This document shows, piece by piece, positions 20,103 through 29,000 of a stretch of 64,000 nt of DNA. Made by a program: the position numbers and the translations under genes. Every line of letters begins with the position of its first letter. Position 1 is the first letter of the stretch. Source of the DNA: Myxococcota bacterium (GTDB taxonomy: Bacteria; Myxococcota_A; SURF-8; G963663525); contig CAXXVK010000060.1 in NCBI GenBank assembly GCA_963676915.2, forward strand, positions 207,028 through 271,027. Direction: 5' to 3'. A model generated the notes under the pieces. It saw only the letters and a list, made by a program, of their open reading frames with translations. It was not told the DNA's origin and made no database searches.

Positions 20103-21761
20103 TCAATACGAAAACGTGCTGCCTCCGATGAATTCCCTTAGAACCGAGGTCGGCGGGACTTCTTCGGGGAAGATCGGCAGGAACAGGTGAAGAAAATCAT
20201 AGAGTTTCGCCGCCTGACTGTAGGCGGGACTCTGGCGTGGAACGGCGTGCAGAAAGCGCCGGGCGTAGGTTTTCAATACGGCGAACTCGTAGACCAGTGC
20301 GCTGTTGAAGATCATGTCGGCCTCTTCCTGGAAGGGGAAAATGTACCTGTTTTCCCCGCCGCGCACTTTCGGCCATTGGGTGATGGTCTGTTCCGCCGAA
20401 TACCCCCGATACAGTTTGTCCCGCACGAGCCGCCGGATCAGGCGTGTCTCAGAGGTGAAAATCCGGTTGTGGCGGTCGATGGTCAGCGGTGTAAGTGCTG
20501 AAATATACAGCTTGAATTTAGCCTCTGGCGGGACCGTCGGCGTCAGGGCGTCATTGAGGCAATGAATGCCCTCCGTCATCAGAATCTGTCCCTCTTGCAG
20601 TTGCAGAGGTATTGTCTTTTGCGTTTCGCGCTCGCCGGTGACGAAGTTGTAAATCGGCGTTTCCACTCTCTCCCCGTTGAGCAGGCGCTCCAGATGTTCG
20701 GAAAACAGCTCTACATCCAGCGCTTCGATGCACTCGAAATCGTACGAGCCATCGGGGAATTTCGGAGTATCCACCCGGTTGACGTAATAGTTATCCACCG
20801 ATATCGACACCGGCACGATGCCGTTGACGCGCAGTTGCGTTTCGAGTCGTTTGGTGGAGGTGGTTTTTCCCGACGACGACGGCCCGGCGATCAATACCAG
20901 CTTGACATCCGGGAGCCGCGAACAGATTTCGTCGGCGATGTTGGCGATTTTCTTTTCGTGCAACCCTTCGGAAACACGGATGATTTCACCGATTTTTCCC
21001 TTGATGCAAGCGTCGTTGATCTGGCTGATGTTCCAAACGTCCACCACCTCGCTCCACTGGCGGCTTTCCTTGTGAACCGCGAACATCTTCGGCTGCTGAA
21101 CCACCGGGGAGAGTTTTTTCCCGCTACGCTGGGGGAAACAGAGCAGCATCCCGTTTTCGTAAGGCACGAGATCGAACAGCCCCACCAGCCCGGTGCGGTC
21201 GGCTACAGGCGTGTGCAGGATGTCGGTGAATTCGCCAATGGTCATCGTTTTGAGAATCGGCGTGTAAAACTGCTCGACCAACGCCGCTTTTTCCGGGTAT
21301 CCGCTGACGTTGAACAGGTTTTCGGCCTCTTCCGCACCCATGTAATCGATGCTGATCGGCAGGTCTTCCTGGACGATGCGCGTCATCTCCTCTTTGAGTT
21401 CCTCGACGAAGGCCGGAAAGATTTTGTCGTAGCTGTCCACTTCGTAGAAATAGCCGTTCGAAATCGAGTGGCCGATGCGCAGGCGGGCTTCGGGATACAA
21501 GCGGGCCAGCGATTCTCCGAGGATCAACTGAAGCGTCGAGCGATAGATGCTGTTGCCGTCCTTGGTGGAATAATCCACCGTGTCCACGACGCAATTGGCG
21601 ATCAGCGACTCATACAGACCGTACAGCCGACCGTTGACCCGCGCCCCCAGAGGCGGCAGGCTTCCGGGATGGGGATAGTAGCCCAGCAGGTTGCGGATCG
21701 TCTCCGAATGGGGAACGGTGACGCTTTTGCCATTGAATTCGATTCGAATCGTTCGATTCAC
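20103..21761 (-). CDS. Uridine/nucleoside kinase with N-terminal ThrRS-like domain
   Basis: Walker A IAGPSSSGKTT, DNYY, EGIHCLN, RLIRRLVRD, IFPFQEEAD; GTG start with AAGGAG RBS. Confidence 0.88.
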   Translation of the reverse strand: MNRTIRIEFNGKSVTVPHSETIRNLLGYYPHPGSLPPLGARVNGRLYGLYESLIANCVVDTVDYSTKDGNSIYRSTLQLILGESLARLYPEARLRIGHSISNGYFYEVDSYDKIFPAFVEELKEEMTRIVQEDLPISIDYMGAEEAENLFNVSGYPEKAALVEQFYTPILKTMTIGEFTDILHTPVADRTGLVGLFDLVPYENGMLLCFPQRSGKKLSPVVQQPKMFAVHKESRQWSEVVDVWNISQINDACIKGKIGEIIRVSEGLHEKKIANIADEICSRLPDVKLVLIAGPSSSGKTTSTKRLETQLRVNGIVPVSISVDNYYVNRVDTPKFPDGSYDFECIEALDVELFSEHLERLLNGERVETPIYNFVTGERETQKTIPLQLQEGQILMTEGIHCLNDALTPTVPPEAKFKLYISALTPLTIDRHNRIFTSETRLIRRLVRDKLYRGYSAEQTITQWPKVRGGENRYIFPFQEEADMIFNSALVYEFAVLKTYARRFLHAVPRQSPAYSQAAKLYDFLHLFLPIFPEEVPPTSVLREFIGGSTFSY

Positions 21762-21824
21762 GGTTCGTGCTCCTTGCAACGTGAGTCAAAGACGGGATGG
21801 TTTCCACCCGATCATTTCGAAGGA

Positions 21825-21903
21825 GATGGAGCAGGATTGCATCCTGCTCCTGGCGTTTTCTTCCGAAAAAAACATGCGGACGGGGATGCAATCCCCGTCC
21901 ATC
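21825..21903. repeat. REP-like doublet (two palindromes in inverted orientation)
   Basis: GATGGAGCAGGATTGCATCCTGCTCC ... GGACGGGGATGCAATCCCCGTCCATC; reverse-complement copy at ~25836..25901. Confidence 0.8.
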
Positions 21904-22115
21904 GAGAATGTGTCGGGCGAAGAATCATCCGACCGTCTGGTATCTGATAATTTCCTTCAATCACCCTTGTCATAGAGCATTCCTTGCCAGGTTTCCGGGA
22001 CACGCCCGGTTCTTCTTTCCACGAAAAGCAGACCTCGACGAAGCGTCGAGAAGCAGCCGTTCGCGAACGGCGAGATCCGGGCGAGAATCCCAAAAACCAA
22101 GGTTTCACCTCTATT

Positions 22116-23748
22116 TTATTCGGCTTTTTTTGGGATTTCCAAAGGAATGAAAAAGAAAAACCGCGAACCTTCGCCGATTTGGCTTTTCACCTGAATGGTT
22201 CCACCATGCAATTCGATGAAACGTTTGACAATGGCCAACCCGAGTCCAACCCCTTCAAAGCGCCTTGTCAACGAGCTGTCCACCTGCTTGAACTCGGTAA
22301 AAATCGAGTCGAGATGTTCTTCTTCGATTCCGATGCCGTTGTCTTTCACACTGAACGTCGTGCCCCGCTCGTCCTGCTGCACCCGAATGATGATCTTTCC
22401 GCCGTCGGGTGTGAACTTGATGGCGTTGCTGACGAGGTTGAACAGCACCTGCTTGATTTTCCGCTCGTCGCCGGTCATCATCTGCACGCTGTCGTCCATT
22501 TCGATCTCCAGCGTCAATGCGTGCCGGGAAGCGGTTTCGGACATCAACGTCACCGTGGACTGAACGAGTTCCGGCAGGTAGATCTCGGTAGGATACAGTT
22601 CCATTTTTCCCGCCTCGATCTTGGTCAGGTCGAGGATGTCGTTGATAAGACTCAGCAAATGCCGTCCCGATTCGAGAATATCCGTGACGTATTCGGCCTG
22701 TTTGTCGTTCAACGGACCGAAAAGCTCGTCCTGCAAAATCTCCGAAAAACCGATGACCGAATTGAGCGGTGTACGCAGTTCGTGACTCATACTGGTGAGA
22801 AATTCGGTTTTGTGCTGGTTGGCTTCGATGGCGCGACGGGTCTGGACTTCCAACTCGCCCTTGGTCTTGATCAACTCCATGTTTTTCTGGACCATCTGTT
22901 GGGCGATATGCTTGATTTCCGTCACGTCCTGCATGAAGACGATGGCTTCTTCGGTCTTTTTGTTGTTGCTGATCGCTCCCAGCAGCACGCGCCCGCCGAT
23001 GTTCAACTCTCGGCTGACGAGTCGGCGTCGTCGTCGATCATTCCGAGAATCTCCTCGATCATCGATCGTCCGGTTCGAACAGATCCCTCAAATTCCGGCT
23101 GATTCCCATCCGTTGCGCTTTGAGGAAATCCACCATCGCATCGTTGCGAAACGTAATTGCACCATCCCGGTCACAGCAGAAAATCGGGTTGGGACTCTGA
23201 TGCGGAACACGGGAAAGACGCTTGACCTCCTGAGAAAGAGAACGGAGTTTTTCGTGGTCGAGAAAGTTTTTCAACCCCAACCCCAAACGGATGGCGAGGT
23301 AATCGAGCAGTTCAGCGGAACTCTCGAAGATCGAAGGATCGCCTTCGACGAAAACCATTCCACCCAGGATTTCGCCTTTGTGCAGCAGGGGAACGCCGAG
23401 CAGGGTGTACTTGTTTCCCCGACGGTCTTCCATCTCACCCACCACGCTTTTCTTTTTCTCGGTGATGGTGTGGCAGAACTGCTGAGGATCGTTCAGCATT
23501 CGGATCAACAACCGGTAGAGGTTCGGATCACCCTGGAAAACGATGGGCTTGAGCCAGTCGCTTTGCGGACTTTTGGTAAACACCATGCCGTGGGAAAACC
23601 CGAAGAATTCCAGGCTGTGCCGCAGAATGTGCTTGGTCACTTCGTTCAGTTCGAAATGCACGGCGGTGTGATCGGAAACCTTGCACAGATACAGCAGGGT
23701 TTTTTCGTCGCGAAAAGCAACCGGAATGTTCGGCAGACGCTGGCTCAT
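22116..23748 (-). pseudogene. Sensor histidine kinase (GAF/PAS-like, HisKA, HATPase) split by frameshift(s)
   Basis: MSHELRTPLN, NLVSNAIKFT, DNGIGI, GVGLGL in 22116..23006; sensor part in 23059..23748; the intervening third frame reads MIEEILGMIDDDA. Confidence 0.8.
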
Positions 23749-24119
23749 TCGTTCCCCTCCTGGGGCAAGGTACGGAGAATATCACGGACGAACGTCCGGG
23801 TGTCGATCGGCTTGGCGAGGTAACCCACAAAGCCCTGTTGCAACAGTTCTTCCTGATCGCCTTTCATCGCCCGACCGGTGACAGCGACAATCGGGATAGC
23901 ATTGGGAGCGGTTTTTTCCCGAATGATTCTCGCTGCTTCCAAACCATCGAGGTAGGGAAGCTGGATATCCATCAAGATCAGATCGGGACGCTGATTGACG
24001 GCGATTTCGACAGCGGCCAGGCCGTTTCCCGCTTCGACCGTGTCGTGTCCCGCCAAACGTAGAAGATCCCGAAACAGTTTCAGATTTTTCTCGTTGTCCT
24101 CGACGATAAGAATGTTCAC
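23745..24119 (-). CDS. Single-domain response regulator (DivK-like)
   Basis: ILIVEDNEKNLKL...DLILMDIQLP...AMKGD...YLAKPID; overlaps the kinase start by 4 nt. Confidence 0.9.
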   Translation of the reverse strand: MNILIVEDNEKNLKLFRDLLRLAGHDTVEAGNGLAAVEIAVNQRPDLILMDIQLPYLDGLEAARIIREKTAPNAIPIVAVTGRAMKGDQEELLQQGFVGYLAKPIDTRTFVRDILRTLPQEGNE

Positions 24120-24259
24120 GTTGGAAACGCTCGACTGAAAAGCTTGAATAACGACTTCGATCCGACCATGAATATTCTGTATTGTACCACATCGGGCGTG
24201 ACTTTCAATCAAAGGTTATAAAATATTTTTAATATATTTTTCTAAAGATTTCGTTGGCA

Positions 24260-24287
24260 GGGACACCCTTGCGGTGTCCTTTTTTTT
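24260..24287 (+). terminator. Rho-independent terminator on the + strand with no upstream + strand gene
   Basis: GGACACC-CTTGC-GGTGTCC followed by a T run. Confidence 0.6.
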
Positions 24288-24310
24288 GTGCGAATTTACC
24301 GAATGCAGGA

Positions 24311-24490
24311 TATAGCCGTTCTATTTTGGTTTTCGTGATAGAGGATCCTGGAAACGAAGGGTGGCGCAGTCCAAGCAACGTAAAACGTCAGCTTGCCCGT
24401 GGTCGAACGATGACCATGGGCACACCCATGCCACCCACTACCCACAACGAAAAGGGTAGAGATCGCTAAAGGCAAAGTATAACGGCTATA
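24311..24490. mobile_element. TATAGC-ended MITE-like element carrying a GGGTGGC REP-like palindrome
   Basis: TIRs TATAGCCGTTCTATTTTGGTTTTCG / CTAAAGGCAAAGTATAACGGCTATA; internal 24359..24436 matches 19960..20048. Confidence 0.8.
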
Positions 24491-24528
24491 TTCGGAATTT
24501 TTCGAAATCGGATCGTGGGGAACGAGAT

Positions 24529-25761
24529 ATGGTGGCAGGATCGTTGAAAAAAGTGCAAAGCAGCTTGATCGAACACCCTCCGTATACGCTCACGGGACTG
24601 AGCGAGCGCTTGTTCGTACAGGCGTTCCGGGGGTTTGTCTACAATCAGATGTGGGAAGACCCGCGCATCGACATCCAGGCGCTGCAGCTGGATGGCAACT
24701 CCCGTATTCTGACGATCTGCTCGGCGGGTTGCAACGTGATGAACTATCTCGTTCGGCGTCCGGCATGGATCACCGCCGTGGATCTCAACCCGCACCATAT
24801 TCACCTCGCGAAACTCAAGCTGGCCTGTGCCAAATATCTTCCGAGTTACGAGGATTTCTGGTCGTTTTTCGGTCTGGGAAAAGGGGCGAAAAACCTGGAA
24901 TTGTACCGCAAACATGTTCGTAGTCACCTGGACGATGCCACGCGAAGTTACTGGGACGGCAGCCTTGTGCGACGATTGACGGGCAATGGCCGCATTCGCT
25001 ATTTCCAGAAAGGCTTTTATCGGAAAACACTACTGGGACGATTGATCGGGTTGCTGAATTTTATGGGAGAAATCACCGTCGGTCCTCTCGAAAGCCTGCG
25101 CGAAGCCCGAACGCTGGAAGATCAGGAAGCCTGGTGGCGCGAAAAAGTCGCTCCGTTTTTCGACAAGAAAATCGTCAAATTCGTTGCCAGTACACCGCTG
25201 TGGACCGTTGGGATGGGCATCCCGCCGCGACAGCAGAAAATCATCGAAAATGAAATCGGCGGATCGGTCACCGAGGTGTTTCTCGAACGTTCCCGACGAC
25301 TGGTGGCCGGATTTCCGCTGACAGACAACTACTTCACCTGGCAAGCCCTTTTGGGAGGCTACGACGCCGATAACCGGCAGGCGGTCCCGGCGTATCTGCG
25401 ACCGGAAAACTACGATACCCTTAAAACGTATTCGGACCACGCCGACACCTGCCGATCCCTGTACGTGGACCATCTTCAAACGCAAGATCCCGGTACCTAC
25501 AACCGTTTCGTCCTGTCGGATTCGATGGACTGGATGAACCCGCCGCAAATCGCCGCGCAATGGGAGGAAATCGCACGGGTAGGTGAACCGGGCAGCCGGA
25601 TTGTTTTCCGTACGGGAGCCTCGCAATCCCCGATAGAAACGGCGTTGCCCGGCGAGTTGAAACGTCGTTTCCGCTACGAAAAAGAACTATCCCACAAGCT
25701 TCACCTCCAGGATCGGGCAGCCGTCTACGGGGGATTTCACTGTTACGTGCTGGACCCGTGA
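24529..25761 (+). CDS. btaA: DUF3419 / BtaA-like SAM:diacylglycerol 3-amino-3-carboxypropyl transferase
   Basis: VYNQMWEDP, ICSAGCN, AVDLNPHH, DNYFTWQA, LSDSMDWM, DRAAVYGGFH motifs. Confidence 0.8.
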   Translation: MVAGSLKKVQSSLIEHPPYTLTGLSERLFVQAFRGFVYNQMWEDPRIDIQALQLDGNSRILTICSAGCNVMNYLVRRPAWITAVDLNPHHIHLAKLKLACAKYLPSYEDFWSFFGLGKGAKNLELYRKHVRSHLDDATRSYWDGSLVRRLTGNGRIRYFQKGFYRKTLLGRLIGLLNFMGEITVGPLESLREARTLEDQEAWWREKVAPFFDKKIVKFVASTPLWTVGMGIPPRQQKIIENEIGGSVTEVFLERSRRLVAGFPLTDNYFTWQALLGGYDADNRQAVPAYLRPENYDTLKTYSDHADTCRSLYVDHLQTQDPGTYNRFVLSDSMDWMNPPQIAAQWEEIARVGEPGSRIVFRTGASQSPIETALPGELKRRFRYEKELSHKLHLQDRAAVYGGFHCYVLDP

Positions 25762-25804
25762 TCCGAAGCGGAGGCTTCTAAAAAGCACAATAGAATTTTC
25801 GAGA

Positions 25805-25956
25805 TATAGCCGCTATTATTTGATTTTAGCGTCGTGTATCCCCGTCTGCATGGTTCTTCTCAAAACAAAACGCGAGGGGCAGGAACCAATCCTGCTCCAT
25901 CTGTAATGACCGTTTCCGTGACTCTCTATCGTTAAAATCAAATAATTACAGCTACA
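25805..25956. mobile_element. TATAGC-ended MITE-like element carrying a GGAGCAGG REP-like doublet
   Basis: 27-bp TIRs TATAGCCGCTATTATTTGATTTTAGCG / CGTTAAAATCAAATAATTACAGCTACA; interior is a reverse-complement homolog of 21825..21903. Confidence 0.8.
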
Positions 25957-25968
25957 TACAGGTTAAAT

Positions 25969-26031
25969 AAAAAATCCCCGCCGGGGCGGGCGGGGACGAG
26001 GTTCGGGCGACCGCTTAAAAGCGGGTCGCCC
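25969..26031 (-). terminator. Tandem hairpins / terminator of the alpha-2-macroglobulin gene
   Basis: CGGGCGACC...GGTCGCCCG stem and TCCCCGCC...GGCGGGGA stem followed by a T-tract on the minus strand. Confidence 0.7.
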
Positions 26032-26046
26032 GCTGAGGGGGCATAG

Positions 26047-29000
26047 TTACTCGGTCACGACGAACTGCTGCGGCGCGTGGGCGGTTTCCTCCTCGGGGTC
26101 GTAGTAAGGATGGACTTCCGCCGGACCACTGGAGCCTTCCATCGGGTAGGTGGCCCGAAGCTGGTAGGTTCCGACCCAGGATTGCTGCGGCATCACTTTT
26201 TCGATGTAAAGCACGAGTTGCCGTCCCGGATGTTCCCACTTCTGAAGCTGTCCCGCCGCCACCATGTCGTCCAGCGGTGTCGATACGAGATCGAAGCCCG
26301 GCGGCAGTCCGATATCGACGAGCAACATCTTCTGAATGGTGTTGGGCAGGGTGTTGGAAATCGTCACCGTAGCGGTCACGATATCATCCACCGTGAGTTG
26401 GGTTTTGTCGTAGGAAATGTCGATATTCAACGGCCCCTGGATGTCGCTGTAGGGATCGTCGGCCGTCGGCAGCCAGTAAATCGATACCACCGAGTACATC
26501 AGGTTGCCTTCGCCGGTGACCTGAAGCTTGACGCTGTTCTGTCCCGCTTGCAGGTAGTTGGTGATGTCGATGTCCTGTAGGACTTCCTTGTTGGAATCGT
26601 TGACCGTGATGTCACCGGCGTACTGTTCGTTGGCGTAGATGCCGATGGTCGCGTCCGCGCTCTCGACTTCCGCCCCCAGCGAGGCCAGGAAGAAGCGCAG
26701 TGCCTGAATGGTTCCCTGGGTGGAAGACCATTCGCCGAACGCACCCTTCTTGGACAGCAGCCAGTCGGTGATCGGTCCCATCAGTTCCGTATGGAATCCG
26801 GCCTTGATGAACGCCTGCCCGATCAGCGCGGTCAACTCCATCGCCGCACCATCGCCACGGCTGTACATTTCGGAGGCGCCTTCGGCTTTCCAATGGACGC
26901 CGCTTTCGTCCTCGATACGGCTGAGGAACAGATCGTTGAGCACGTCGTAAGCGACCGTATCGTTGGGATCGGCACTCAAAATGGCGTGGGCGATCAACGC
27001 ACGGGTGTAATCGTCCTGGGCTTCGGAACGGTGGCTCTTGATCCAGTTGATCGAGCGCGTCACGTCGCTCCCGGTGCGGCCCGTTTCCGTAAGCGCCCAG
27101 ACAATATAGGCCGTGGTGCGCAGGTGGGAATCGGTGAAGTTGTTCGTTGCACCTTCGTGGATGCCGCCCGCGTCGAACTCGTAATGGCCATCGGATTCGA
27201 CCAGCGTCAGCAACCAGTCCTGGGTCCGGGTAATGACCGCCGGGTCCACATCATGCACCATGGACATATCGTGGAATTCCATCAGGCCGTAGGCGGTGAG
27301 AACGCGGTGGGCCGGGTCGCTGCCGAACCACTCGAAACCGCCGCCATCTACTTCGTAGCTCAACAGACGCTGGTACCCCTGGTTGATGTACTCGCGGGCC
27401 TTCAGTTCGATTTCCGGGGTGTTCTGCTCGGTCTGCACGAGGTAGTCGAGCACCAGCACGTTGGGATAGGTCGAGGAAGAAGTTTGTTCGAAGCAACCCG
27501 AAGGCATTTGCAGCATCGAGTCCAGTCCTTCGACCACCTGGGAGAACAGACCGGGATAGATTTTGACCAGCAGGTGGTTTCCGCCCTCGATGGCATTTTC
27601 GGGCATCGCCACGTTGACGGTAACATCCCCGGTCAGACGGGCGGATTTCGCTTCGCGGAATTCTTTGCCGTCGGGCATCACCTGGATGCTGCGCTCGATG
27701 GCGTCGGCGGCTAGAGGATCTTCACCGAAAGCGGTGGCTTTGAAGGTAAACGTTCCGACTTTGAGCACTTCGACGGGGAAGTAAAAGCCTTTGACCGAAT
27801 TCGGAGCCACGGTCACGGTAACCGAACGTTCGCCGAGGAAACGCACCCATTCGCCCGCTTCGGCTTCCAGGGTGACTTCCTGCTCTTCGGTCAGGTAGTT
27901 GTAGACCACCACCGGCACATGCACGATGTCGTTCTGGGTCAGCGTAGCGGGGAAGTCGATATCCACGAAAAAGTCTTTGAAAACGATGATGTTACCAACA
28001 TTCGAGCCGATTTGGCCACGCAACGAGGAAGCCAGCGCGGTCATGCGCCAGGACGTGATCGAGTCGGCCATCAGCACGTTGAGTTCGGCTTTGCCGTCGT
28101 CGTCGGTGATGACTTCGGGATCGACGAACAGGGTTTCGGGGAACCAGGTACGGACGTGAACCTCGGGGTCTTCTCCCTCATCCTCGGTGCCTTTGCCCTC
28201 GTTGGGTTCTTCAGCACTGGGTTCGGCCCAGTTTCCACCACCGGCCTGATCGCCGTCCAGCGCCAATCCGTCGTCCCAACGCCCTTCATCGCCTTCATGT
28301 CCGAAGTAGCCGTCGTAGAAGTAAAAATAGCTTTGCATCGTCACGTCGTCTTCGCTGTTCCATTTTTCGTCCAGACCTGCGCTGGTCATTTTGAAGACAT
28401 AATTGTTGGTATCCAGTTCGAAGCGGTAGGCATGACCCCAGGGGTCGTAGACGAACTGCGACGAATTACGGGTCTGCACCCAGTCTTCGAGGTCCGAAAT
28501 TTCCGTAATCACACCACTGTTGGCCATGGCCTGCATGAAGCCGAGCAACTCTTCCATGTCGCTTTGTACGGCTGTTTCGGCAATGGTTTTGGCGCTGGCG
28601 GCTACAGCGGCGAAGGTATCGATGTTCACGCCGTAGGCTTCGTCGCTGCCGGTGGCGGCAAGGTAGACTTCGGCCAGCGCTTCGCGCTCCTGAGCTTCGG
28701 TGGCGTCTTCGGGTTCAGGTTCCAGAAGATCCGAGCTGGAAAATCCGTGAATCTCGTAACGCGGCGTCATCAATTCCTCTTCCAGAGAGAAATACACTTT
28801 TTCCAGGCCCGGTTTCATATCGGACAGGGCATAAACGGCTTCGTCGACCACCTGAACGCCGACCACGGCAGGCACGCCGTTGCCTTCGTCATCGCGAACC
28901 TGCAATTCGATTCCGGCGACTTCGCGGGGCAGGAAGGTTTCTTTGTCGGGATCGGTCGGCTTGATTTCGACGGTCAGCGAGTTGGCCAACTCGACGAAGG

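Noticed and set aside
23010-23061. TGA read-through (selenocysteine) in the sensor kinase
   Set aside because: The downstream kinase is in a different frame and a second TGA follows; a frameshift explains it.
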